This document shows positions 38,837 to 51,327 of a stretch of DNA of 64,000 nucleotides, piece after piece. The translations under genes were made by a program, and so were the position numbers. Origin of the DNA: Epiperipatus broadwayi (taxonomy: Eukaryota; Animalia; Onychophora); assembly GCA_028023455.1 (NCBI GenBank), contig JAQFVV010000009.1:1364001-1428000 (forward strand), in the 5' to 3' direction. The stretch's first letter is position 1; the number at the start of each line of letters is the position of its first letter. The notes under the pieces are model-generated. The model was not told the DNA's origin and searched no databases. It worked only from the letters and a program-made list of their open reading frames with translations.

Positions 38837-39184
38837 ACACAGAGGCTAAACTCTCCATACAGTAGGGCCACCAGTGCAAGCCAGAGTAATCAAAAGATGC
38901 AGGAAGGTTTGTTCATAAAATCCCTATCTTGTGCCTACTCATTCAATATTCCCAGACTAGTTTCTAGTTTGTTGCTTTCATCACTGCTCTCAGATCGAAG
39001 ACTCCTCACTGATGAAAGCCACAAGCTAGAAACTTGTCAGGGGGTATTGGATGAATAGACACTAGATAGGGATTTTATGCACAAACCTTGCATCCATTCA
39101 TTACTCTGGCTTGCACTAGTGGTGCTAATGTATGGAGAATTTAGCCTCTGTGTAAACAGCTTGTGTAAACATAAGAAATGGTGA
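38837..39184. mobile_element. Family-B HHR element, foldback copy
   Basis: 15-bp TSD tcatgttgaa(a/g)atag at 38822-38836 and 39185-39199. HHR at 39003-39044 with CTGATGA core and stem II AGC/GCT. Confidence 0.85.
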
Positions 39185-39234
39185 TCATGTTGAAGATAGT
39201 GCAGTTAATTCTTGAAGAAGCCAGTAAGATAATG

Positions 39235-40200
39235 ATGCGACAAATATATCTGTCCAATAACATTACTCAGAGGTGCGTTTTGGATACATGTAATTGTCAG
39301 CAAGTTAATTTGCAATGAAGTTGTTTTTTTCCAAGTTGATTGTTTAACATGTGCAAATTCAAATTCTCAATTGCTTATCTTTGTAATAAATTCATTCATA
39401 TGCCAATAATGAAGAGTTCCTGTTTGTAGTCCATTTGAAAATATTACCAAAGGTGAAGATATTATAGAAAAGATAAATATCTTTTTTGAAAGTGGAAAAT
39501 TATAAATTGAAAAGTCTTGAGTTTTATACCAATGCAGTACCAGCTATACTAAAGTTAAAATCAGACTTTCATACAAAAATAAAAACTAATTTCCCAAATT
39601 TGGCCTATACTGCATGATTCACCAATTGCAACAGAACATGGAGCTCTTGACACCTGTCTGTTTAAAGAACTCTTTAAAGACAAATTATATTGCAAAAGGA
39701 ATCAAAAGATTTAAGTTTTTTTGGAAGTGCAAGGAAAATATGATTTTGTGGCTTATTTTAGCATATATTTTAGATCGGCTAAAGAAACTGAACATGAAAT
39801 TTTGGGGAAATGAAATACACAATTCAGTTTCAAAATAATCTTCAGATATTTGTATTCAAGCTGAAAAAATGGTATTGAAAAGTAAATCTTGGTACACTAT
39901 CATATTTGAACAACTCTGCAGTGTGTTTAAGGAATTTTGAAATAAACTGGATGAAAAATCTGAAGATAATAAGTACTCCACATCTCTTGAAAAAGACGAT
40001 GCAAAATTCATTTTCTGTTTCCTCAAATGTTGCTAGCATTTGTGATAAAGTACAAGATAGAATTGTTAGATCTGAGGAATGATTGCTTCATATACTCACA
40101 ATTCAGTCTCAATATGCTATGTATCAATCATTTCAAATGTTTCCATGCTTGTTTTTTAAAATTTTCTTTCTATTTACATCTATATATCTCTATTATAAAG
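39235..40200 (+). pseudogene. Second decayed Buster-type hAT transposase fragment
   Basis: LSNNITQR (~39250), KGEDIIEKINIFFESG (~39449) and CMIHQ (~39611), in the expected order. Confidence 0.65.
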
Positions 40201-41662
40201 TAGTAAGGAGACCCTTTGATTCCTCTTGGAGCTTTAAAGAAACCTAGCAAGGCAAATTCCTAATGTCCACTTCATATGTTTTTATCGTTGCAGTTATTAT
40301 TACTATGTGATTATTCTTTTGTATACAAACATGGATGGGCTACTCACCAACACACATTAACCATAGTGAGTTTATTGGATTTTTACCTCTGAGTTTAAGA
40401 TCAAAAAACACTATGGTCTTTCTTCTCAGTTGTATGAATGAGTATGTGAATGAAAAATGTTTTCTAATATATATATACAATCATGACAGACAAAAATAAA
40501 TCACAGGAGGCTGTGAAGTGCTAAGAATCACCTGATTGTGGACCCAGGTTTCCATTCGAAGAGAGTTTTGCAGCATTCTATAAAATCTAATGCATTCATT
40601 TATTGTTATATCTAAGGGCAGTAAGTATAGGAAGTTTCAAATTTAATAAATTATTTAAAATTAGTCAAATTTGTAATGCTTAATTATAAATAATATCACT
40701 TTTGTTGCTTCTTTTAAATTTAATATCACAGAACTATGATAGATGAAATTAAAATGAAAAGTATCATCAAATTCTTTGATAACAGTGTATGTTTGAGAGT
40801 AAACATTTTGCCTTTTTTAATGTTTGAGGGTATTTGGAAGATTTTTTAAATCATTTCTTAGTTTGTTCAGGAAGATAATTTTTATTAATTAACTTATAAA
40901 CTTTTATCGAGTAACAGGAATAAAATTTCTGCTTTACATTAGTTTTGATTAAATAATTTCTATCTTGTGAACTCAACTTAAATCAGAAATACTGGATATA
41001 TTTCTCCTTTAATGTTCATCACCTAACTTATCAGTAATGGTCATTTTGCAAGTAAGGAACCCATGTTATTATAAGTGTATATTATTTTATGAATAATAGT
41101 TTGGTGATGTTATTATTGACAACTAGTTAATTCTATTGACTATTATAGCTTTTTTAGATTCTGTGGAGGGCTTTTTTTATTTTATTTTTTATAGAGTTGG
41201 AGTCCGATTAAATATGCATTTCTTTTTTGAAAATAATCTTACAACTTTTAATTATTTGTAAATTGTTTCCAATTTCACTGCAATAATAGATTGGAACTTA
41301 AAGTCCAGAGATTATGGCTCCAGTTTTGTCATTTCTGATGTTTAAACTTCTGAATTTTTAAGCTGTAAATTATTCTTTTTTTTTTTTTTAACCATTTATA
41401 AGTTGCTATTTTAATTGAAATCTTTTTTTTTTTAAAAAAAAATTGTAAAAATACCTTTGTATGTATATATACATATTTTTCCATAAATTTGAGTTATTAA
41501 TATATGTTGCATCTTAATATTAACATAAAGAACTTCACTGTTTAATATCTCAGGCACTGATTATCATGTATACAAATACAATATATATGTATATGTTAAT
41601 TCTAATATTTTCATGGATAAATGATGACTATGTTACTTCTAATATTTTCATGGATAAATGAG

Positions 41663-42812
41663 GACTTCATATTATAATTATTTTAGGGGTATTCTATGTA
41701 GTAAAATAGCTAAATAGCTGACGTTTCAGTACAATAACAATTATCTTCCTCAGAGCATCCTCTTTTACAAATTGTAATAATGCATATGAGATTTAAAATC
41801 ATTATTTTTATCTTTTTCTTTCTCTTCATATTTAAATTCTATTGGTTGAGAAGTTTTAAAAATTAGTTTGTCTTCCAATAGGTTCTTTCAAATGTTGTTA
41901 ATTTTCATTAATGCACAGTTTTCATTCAAACTCTTGGGCCTTTTAAAAACCTCTATAGCTTCTCTTAGCAATCTCTGGTCATATTGTTCAATTTTTACTG
42001 GAATGTTTGTTTTATCAAAATTGATATCATAATTCGTTAATTTTATATAAGAACAATACCTGATGAACTGGATTTTTCTCTGACTGTCAGAATGTGTTCT
42101 TCCTTTCTAACATTTATCCTATGATTAGTCTGTCCAATATATGAATGTGAACAAATCCTACATGAAATTTCATATACACCATGACACTCCAAAGAAATTT
42201 TCTTTAGGAAGTGGAAATACCATAACACTCCAAAGAAATTTTATCTTTAGGAAGTGGAATTATAAAATCAAAGAAATTTTATCTTTAGGAAGTGCCATGG
42301 TATATATGAAATTTCGTGCAGGGTCTGTTCACATTTATATATTGGACAGACTAATTGTAGATTAAATGTTACAAAGGAAGAACATATTCTGGCAGTCAGA
42401 GAAAAATTCTATTCATCAGCTATTTATTCTCATATAAAATTAACTAATCATGATATCAATTTTAATAAAACAAATTATTTTCTAGTAAAAATTGAACAAT
42501 ATAACCAGAAATTGGTAAGAGAAGCTATAGAGATTTTTAAAAGGCCCAAGAGTTTGAATGAAAGGTGTGAATTAAAGAAAATTAACAGCATTTGAAAGAA
42601 CCTATTGGCAGACAAACTAATGTTTAAAACTTCTCAACCAATAGAATTTAAATATGAGGAGAAAGAAAAAAATAACAATTTTAAATCTCACATGCATTTC
42701 TATGCCTATGATTTGAGAAAGATGATACTCTTAGGAAGGTACTTGTTATTGTACTGAAATGTCAGCTATTTTGCTACTCGAAATATCCCAAAAATAATTA
42801 TAATGTGAAGTC
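41663..42812. mobile_element. PLE family E foldback: two ~520-bp inverted GIY-YIG + terminal-repeat arms
   Basis: Arms 41663-42183 and 42294-42812 encode GVYEISCRICSHSYIGQT. HHR at 41717-41756 (-): GCT-CTGAGGA-stem II-GAAAC-GTC-AGC. The spacer holds three ~38-bp tandem copies. Confidence 0.88.
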
Positions 42813-42894
42813 ATATATATATATTTAAAAAGCAATTAGTTTTTTAATATGTATATAGTATTAAAAACTCAATTTTAAATATCCATACTTTCAG

Positions 42895-42954
42895 CTAATA
42901 TGTTTTTAGCAGTACTTATTTTACAAGAAACACTAAGGCCAGAAGATATTTTTG
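42895..42954 (+). CDS. NIPAL2/3-like: NIPA-like transporter, coding exon (A-NMFLAVLILQETLRPEDIF-G)
   Basis: tttcag acceptor and gtaaga donor, 60 nt, phase 1/1. Fills the segment expected between the neighbouring exons (the ..FLxE.L motif) and keeps the frame. Absent from the ORF track. Confidence 0.88.
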
Positions 42955-45900
42955 GTAAGATTTTATTCTTTGATATTTTTTAATATTTATATTTTATGTT
43001 TTATTTTTGTTTTTATCATTACTTCTATTGAATTTCAAATTTGTTGTTTAAAGTATAATAAAAAGATTATTATAGAAATAAGGTGATGAGACTTATCATA
43101 GGTGTGAGAGAATAACTCTTAAAAGATTTTTTTTCCCTTTATTTTAAATATTTGTAAATATGTAATCTAAATTTACATGCATTTATAAAAGTCTAAAATT
43201 AAACTATATTTTAATAATTATTTATTATTAATAATATTTAAAAACCAAAGTTGATTTAAATAATTTACTTATTGTAAATTCATTTGATACATACTGATGA
43301 TTGATTAATGTACAAAAAATAACACTATGATTTTGAAATATATGTGATGCTTGTAAAAATATATGTAAATATAAACTTAGAATAAGAAGGCAACACTAAG
43401 TTTGCAGATCTTTGACTTTCTTTGCATTTAGCTTGATCTACTTGCTTATATTTTTATTTCAATATTATAATTTTTGGATGATTAGTTTTTGCAGTATTTG
43501 CTGCTTTGAATCTTAATTTAATAAGAGTTTAAATATTTTATTTTTAATATCAAATCTTTTGAATTATTTGCCATGAGACCGAACAATTTGTTACTTATAT
43601 ATAGCATGTATAACATGAGTATGGTTAAGAATTCATCGAACTATCATAAATTATGAGAGATCAATTTTAAATTCATGAAAATTTATTAAATCACAATCAG
43701 AATACATTATATATCAAAATATAATCGAGCTCAATAGAAATCTGCTAGTAGTTTTGTTGTTTGTTCTCTTCATAATCATTTCACTGTTACCTGATCTCTT
43801 TTCAAATCTGGTCATGTGTTAAATAAATAAATCAAAAATTCAAAGTAGAATAGTTATATTTTTTTTTATTTTGAATGTTCATGAAATGATTAATAATAAG
43901 GAGAGTTTTAAAAAATTGCCAAATAATGAACACAAAGCAATAGCTTTTGAAGCTAATGTTTTTAAACTTCAACATAATAAATGCATGTAGATTGAAAACA
44001 ACTGGTCATATTGCTTGCAATTTAAAAAAAGAAAAAGATACTATAAAAGTTTATCATTTGATTAATTTACATCAAGCATATTGGGAAATTCAATAGCCTG
44101 AAGTATATATGTCTGGAAAAAATACTCAGGAATAAAATTCCCTCTTAAAAAAAAAATTATCTGATTTTAAGGAAGCCATTTTAGAAAGAAGAAAAAAGGC
44201 TAGTTATCAAAATTTAACAATCTCCCACAATTTTTTTCATGAAAAGTACCAATATAAATTTAAGTGCTAAATCTGGAACATTAAATGTGCTTTTAATTCC
44301 AATATTTCAACAGGTATAACAAAAAAAAAAAAAAACATTTCAAATCCTAAGCATTATTGTAATAAAATTTTTTGTAAGAAAAACAAACTCAAAAACATCT
44401 TCATTTCAATATTTCTGAAATTTTAAGTTTTGAATTTTTTAATTAAAACAAATATTTCTATAAGGGGGGGGGGGGTGAAACTCATTTAATGGTTAATGAA
44501 AATGATGTAAATGGAATTTTTAAGAAACCATATGAAAAATTTTATTTTGCAACCATAATAATTTCTAGCCTGAACAATTTCAAAACCTAGCTGTGTGTTG
44601 AGTATCCAAGATGGAACAATAGACAGATTAAAAAAGTACTTTCAAATATTTGTTAAAATAAATTTATTTTGAGGGGATATTTTCAAGGATCCCTATTTCC
44701 ATGTATTTTTTTTTTATATATATTATTTAATAATTTTAATTTTCAAACTGAAAAGTATTTTTTTTGTAAGACTATCATATCATGAATTTCTAGAGGCACT
44801 TGAGTATTTCCATGGCCTTAAACTTCTTCTGAAGTCAAAAGTAGTCTTGATTTGGTATTTTCCATTTTATACTGTTGCCTTTTTTCATTTCAATTAATAC
44901 AGTAGTAACTTTTACTATTAAGGCAAACATATCTTCCATGAATTGCATTATTATGTGATCACCAGATTAAGATCTTTGAATAATTAGAAATGCAATTCTA
45001 TGTCAGCATAATGGCTGAATTTTTTTTTACATTAAATGGAAATTTCTAAATCAAGACTAATTCAGCTTCTATATATTATCCAAAATCCTGCACGGCAGAA
45101 AATGTAAAGTAAAATTATGAAATATTAGTTAGGATTCAGAAATAAGATAGAGATGAAAAACCATAACAATGAATCCATGTTTAAAAATCATAATTGAAGA
45201 ATGTACATGTAGGAAATGATAAACAGATTTTATTTAGTATATGTATTAATAATTTAGTGATAGTATTAAGTATATGTGTGTATATACTTCAGAACTAATG
45301 AAAAGAATGTATGTATATACTTCAACAAAAATTAATAATTTATAATTTTATGTTTAAAGCTTCAGCAACTGTGTTTTATCACAGTTAATTTTTAATTCAG
45401 AACTAATATAAATTTAGATCACAGTTTATTAGTGTCAGGAATTAAGTTTGAAGAGAATATAGAATTAATCCAAGAAATGAAGGAATCATTGATAAATTGG
45501 AAAAAGGTATTGATTAAAAATTCCACATTTATTGATTAGGAAAGTAAAAAAAAAAAATTATAAATTCAAATAAAATTTGAAAATTATTTAAAAAAAGATA
45601 TGATACAAACAATTTAAAAAAAGGTGAATGAACAAAAAGATTTGGGCTGACAGTTAAATAATCAGTAAAGTAATAGAGGAAAGAAAATATAATATTGAAG
45701 AAGATAGAAGTATCTTTAAAGAGTTTATCAATGAATTGAGATGAAGTAAAACTAGACAATGATCAAAAGAATATTATAGAATGATAGAATTACAATTAAA
45801 AGATTTGATTTAGTATATAACAGATTAAAATAGTTTTAAACATAAAAAAAAGAAATATGGGAGTGACATTAATATATTAGTCATTGGAAAGAATAGATGC

Positions 45901-46679
45901 ATTGAAAAAAGAAATAATACAAAATAATTTATACATTATGGATAACAATTTTTATTTGGGACTAATGGAAAAAAGTCTGATAGAAAAGAGAAAATAAAAT
46001 TAAGGAAAATTATGGATAAGATGAATACTGGCAAAGCATAAAGAATTATAAAATTTCAGTATTATTTTTAAATGCTATAGAAGTAAAATTGAGAATATTA
46101 TTTTTATAATATAATTTACAAATCAGAAAATTTTTTAGAAAGTTTTTTTTTTTTGAATGGCATGCAGTCATAGTACCATTGAATCTTGAGATATATTTAA
46201 CTTTTTGACTTAAGAATAAGATTGATTTAGAAATGGTAGAAAAACAAATAATGCAATTGGTATGTATTTTTCATTGATTTGGCCCAGAGTCAATCAAGAA
46301 TATTTTATTCTCCATAAAGCTACTCTTATTATTAATCCAAGTAATTAGTGAAATTGGGTGATATCTATTGTTGAAAATATATAGAGAAAGAAATTGATTA
46401 ATATTTGTATTTTATTATTATTATCTTGAAAAAATATTTGATAAAGTGATTACTTGGTGGATATTGTAAAGACGAAGTATGTGAAATAATTATGAGATTT
46501 AACATATCTTTTAACAGAATATTAGATGCAAAAAGAAGTATAAAACAGAAAAAAAAATTTTGTATGTTTTTTTAATTTTTAAATAAATTGTTAAATAAAT
46601 GTTTGTTATGGAGTTATTTTAGGAATCAAAATAAAGGCAAATTCATAAAAAGATGCAACTCATACTATTATAATTTGAT

Positions 46680-46957
46680 AGTAAAAAAAAAAATTAACTT
46701 TTAAATAAATGCTGGCTTTGGCTTGGTATTTTTAGATCTAGTGTCTAAAACTATCCTAGCACCTCACTGAGGAGTGCCAAAGTATGAAACCGTTGGTCTG
46801 AGGCTATGGAGTGGTTTTCAAGATAGAGATTTTTAAATGTTTTGTTTAGCTGGCATTTACCAATAAAGCCTGTTAGAGCAAATTAGCAGAGGTCTTTATT
46901 TTTATTTACAAGCTTAAAAATTGAGTCATGTGATATATGACTTTGATTTTTTTTTTA
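46680..46957 (+). mobile_element. 278-bp HHR-bearing insertion (family C) inside the LINE remnant
   Basis: 14-bp direct repeat tattataatttgat at 46666-46679 and 46958-46971. Confidence 0.7.
46762..46803 (+). ncRNA. Canonical type-I hammerhead ribozyme
   Basis: CCTCA-CTGAGGA-GTGC-CAAA-GTAT-GAAA-CC-GTT-GG-TC-TGAGG. Full core, stem I 5 bp (extendable by UAG/CUA past a 2-nt bulge), stem II 4 bp, stem III 3 bp, GUC cleavage triplet ending at 46798. Confidence 0.85.
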
Positions 46958-47749
46958 TATTATAATTTGATGTTTGTAAAATATTGTGCAATAAACATGC
47001 TAATTGAAATATATTTGTTTGACTTCAAGAATACCTCGGAGTGTGTTTTCTAATTCCAATAAATTATGTTATAGTTTGAGAAGAAAGTTATATAGTGAAT
47101 AAGTGCTTTTAAATATTTGTGAGATTGGTCAACTAATTGTGGAGGAAACAATGAAGAAATTAGCATTGAAATTGCTTAAACAAGATTTTAATAAAAGTAG
47201 ATTGTGACTCATTATAAAGTTCAGTCTTTAAAAAAAAAAGTCTTGTTAAATGTTTGTTTGGGAAATAACTTCATGTGAAGCATAAACTTGGTTCTGTAGG
47301 AAATTAGGAGAAAAAGTAATTGAAAACTTTAGAGGTGTAAATTTTAAGAATAAATGAGAGTAATCAGAAATATATATGTGCTTAAAAGTGTGAAAGGAAA
47401 TAATTTATTGAAAAGAGTAAGATATGAAAGAGAAACTAGATTGAGTATATACTTCGAGGAATTATAAACAATAGCAAAGAAAGAGATAGAAGAATGCTAT
47501 GGGTAGAAAAAAGATCCATAATGCTTTTTAATCTGATTACAATATTTTGCATTTAAGGAAATTAATTAAGCAAAAAGTGATGAATTTGGCAATAATAAAT
47601 TTTTTAAAATTACCTTTGCTAAACAAACTTATGATTTGATTGTATATAATGCAGATATTGAAATAATTGTCCATATGATAATCTTTGCAAGAATTAACAG
47701 TTATCCAGGAATTTATACTAAAACTGCAGCAAACTTTTTTCTACATTAG

Positions 47750-48180
47750 AGTGCCACCTAATGCAAACTCTAGTAATCAAGTGATCCTAGAAGATTGTGC
47801 TTCACAATCCATATCCACTGCTTTCTTATCCAGTATCTCCACACTAGTTTCTAGTCTATGATTTTCTTCAATGAAGAGTCTTGGAACTGGGAGTAGTGCA
47901 CCTAGATCTTTGGATGTATTTCACCACTTATCTAACAACTTACCTTTAACCTTTGTACTTAAATGTAAAGCTATCAGCCCAAACTAAAAATTCATTAAAA
48001 TTTTCAATCCAAACTCATTCATCTGTAAAGTCATAGAGATCTGAAATCAGTTCAGTACCTATATATTTTGGTGTTTTTGTTTTTAATAAGCATAGTCACA
48101 TTTATCCTTTGGTTAGGATTGGCATTAAACCACTAAAATATCACATGAATTGACTTGGATTGAAAATATTAGTGTGTTTT
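47750..48180 (-). mobile_element. Family-B monomer, old and nearly full length
   Basis: Reverse complement is collinear with 51560-51930 (cactagtttctag, gcacctagatctt, tcagttcagtacct, ttttcaatccaa). A short re-inverted tail lies at 48152-48180. Confidence 0.7.
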
Positions 48181-48988
48181 ATTTTCGGCGGACGGCCACA
48201 TAGTTAATAAAAAGGTTCCAGTTTAAAATAATTTTATAGTTATTTATTTTAAGACAAATAACCTACTAAACTTAAAAGTTCTCAGATATTTATTTTAATT
48301 AATTTTAAATTGACCTTTTAATTAAATTATACTATCAAATAAATATATTTTTAAATTAAACAAGCTAAATCAATTTTTTTAACCCTACATTTACAGACTG
48401 GCCAAATCTAAATACAAATTTTCATGCATGCACACTTATTTGTTCTACATCTTAAGTAAATGTAATCTTAAATCGTGAAAAATCAGTAAAAATTGAAATA
48501 ATTATTTAAATAAATATTATGCAATCTCAGGGTAAAACTTCAGAATGCCTTTCCTGACCTTTCCAATGGTATAGCTGAATATGGAGCTGTAAATAAAGAT
48601 ATGCTTTAAAATTAACTTTGATCCTGCTGGTCTTTTAATTACTGTCTAGAGCTGATTCTAAAAAAATATCGAAACATTTCCAATATAAGAAAACTTACCT
48701 CTAATTAACTATAAAAGGAAAATGTTCTACAAATGAAGTTGTAAATCTATTTATTTCAATTCTTTAAATATCTGGAAAATGCTCATAGGAAAACTGCAAT
48801 GGAATAATTCATAAGAAGTTAAAATGTTAATATTTCTAGCAGATATTTAAAATTAATGATTTTAATGACCATATATCGACATTCACGGAGATAGAAACAT
48901 ATATCTATATTCATGGAAAAAGAAATATATGTTTACATTCATAGAGATATCAAAGTAATTGAATGAACAATCGACAAAGTTTTAGTTG

Positions 48989-49002
48989 GTTTCCATAGCA
49001 AC
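48989..49002. promoter_or_regulatory. RFX X-box motif GTTTCCATAGCAAC
   Basis: 14-bp match to the canonical X-box in a locally CpG-retaining stretch (48170-49000). Function untested. Confidence 0.4.
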
Positions 49003-49399
49003 AAAAATAATAATTCTTTATTTTAAAATAAAAATTATAATACATTTTATTTTTTACAATTATTATCATTTTTAAAACATTTTAAAATTTATTTTATACC
49101 ATTACTTTTATTATGTTAGAATATATAGTACAATAAAAAAAAATATTCACTTAAAAACCATGTCTGTAAACTTAACCATGAGAGTTACAATATATTTATC
49201 ATAATAACTTTGCATAAGTTAAGTCTTTCTAGCCCAATGAAGTCAATTGTTCTTTTAATATAATATAATTAAATACTGTTTTTATTAATCTACTTTAATT
49301 CATGTGTTGAAACATTGCAAACATTTTAAATTTATATTTAATTTTTCTCATTAAAAAATGTCTATCCCATTTTTTTTAATAGTCTCACCTAATATATAT

Positions 49400-50700
49400 C
49401 TGTCTATTTTATGAATTCTAATTAAAAATTTGAGTCTCTTGACTTCACTTCTCAAACTGTGTAGATACCATTACTCCTTTCAAAATTATTCTACATAATT
49501 TTTCTTTGTTGATATGATAAATTTGTCAATTGTTAATCAGTTGTATTCTATACACTCCATTAACCAAATTTTTTTAGTTTTTGAAAATATTTTAAAACAA
49601 CAAAAACCCAATCACTTCTTACACCTATTACTTATTTTAAATCGACAATCTCCTAATCATTGTTTTAGTATTTATCCTATTTTAATAAAAACTGTTTTAT
49701 TAATCCTAAAACACTTATCTTTAATTCTCCACTTTTGTCATAAAGACTTAAGCAAGCATATATACTTCTTTCACCCTCTTCATCTCTATGTTTTACCATT
49801 TTTTGTGCAATTTTTTCTGAACTTCTCTCAACATATTACATTCCATTAAATAAATATCAATTTTTTCTCCTTTTCTTGGTATCTAAAGTTTCTGTCATCG
49901 CCTCAAATAACAATAATCTCTTTCTAATGTTATCATGCATCTTTCTATATTCTATATATTTATATATATATATAACTCCTATTTTTTCATGTTAATATCC
50001 AAATTTCATAACTATTTCCTTTTTTCTAAACAGTCTCTCTTTTCTTTTTCCCCCAACCCACATAACTCTACACATTTTATTTCTTATATAAAAATTTAAA
50101 AATAAAATCTCTATTTAGTAACTTTGCATATCATATATTTATTGACTTCTTTACATAATAAAATTGATTAATAAAAATAGTATTTAATTTTCATTCATAT
50201 ATTGCAATCTTCCATTTTTAATTTGCTTGTAATATTCTTCATTAAAATAAGATGTCTCTCATTCTCCCGAGAATTGCTTCCTTGCTTACATAATTCCTCC
50301 TCTAATGCAAAATATATAATTTTCAAATCTTAAAGTGGATTCCAAATGAAAAACATGATAGATTTTTAGTTACTGCCAATCTACTTCTTGTTTCAAATTC
50401 TAATCCCAAATAATATATACAATTTCTTTTCCCATTTAATGAAATATCTAGATATCTATATTCCATTTCTTCAATAAAAATATCTTTAATCCTTCAGCTT
50501 TACCCTTCTTATTAATTATTAATATCACAAATTTTTTTTCACTGAATTTAATTTTATTTCTGCACACTTTTCTAATAACAACTCCATATTTTTTATACTA
50601 TATGGGAAAAATACATTATTTATAAAAAAAAAAAAAAAAGACAGAGAAAGAGAGAGAAACTATATTACCATACCTATGCTATTCCCAGTCTTCCTAGATC
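49400..50700 (-). mobile_element. Decayed RTE-like LINE RT fragment
   Basis: Strong pyrimidine bias on +. Minus-strand remnants resemble RGVRQG (~50290) and KEYxYLG (~49770). Heavily decayed. Confidence 0.4.
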
Positions 50701-51327
50701 AATATTCAATTCTTCTAGAAACAAAATAAATAATGTAATAATGGACATTTATGTTTCAGTCAGATTTTATGTTTGATTTGCACTATCTCTACATCTCCCA
50801 ATTGGTATTTATAAAAATTATTTAAATAAAGCCCTGATTTCAGAACGGTAAGCAAAGATTGGCTTATATAACGATAAACTCTAAGCATAAGAGGTCCACT
50901 TATGCTTTTTAAACTGATGAATATGGGTGTGTGTAAATTTGTAAAATCAAAGATTTACATTCTTCTCTATATTACTAAGTTAAAATCCTTAATCATTCTT
51001 AACATCCAAATCTATTCCTATATTTCCAAGAAAAAACTTTTTCGCAATCTAGTCTTATCCAACTTAATATAAGTTTTTTTTATAAACTTAAAAAATGCAA
51101 TTAATATTGGTTAATTTTTTTATATATCATTTCAGTCTATTGTGAAACAATGACTAATATGCTCTATACACTTCTCTGAACAAAATTTATTCTGAATTCC
51201 TCCCAAGATTTTGCTCTTTTTCATTCAAGTCCTAATCATATATATATACTGTATTATCATAAACTATTTGTTAGTGATCGGTAGCTACTTATCAGCCTAA
51301 CAACTTTTTCTTTATATAATAGTCTAA

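Larger units (their letters stand above)
45400..47700 (+). mobile_element. Decayed RTE-like LINE (RT region and C-terminus)
   Basis: YLEKIFDKV (~46424, cf. DLEKAFDKV) and SAFKYL* (~47101, cf. FKYLG). Purine-rich coding-strand bias. Confidence 0.55.

Noticed and set aside
42180-42294. Three ~38-bp repeats as a CRISPR-like array
   Set aside because: Eukaryotic context, no unique spacers of regular length, and the repeat is PLE coding sequence duplicated at an inversion junction.
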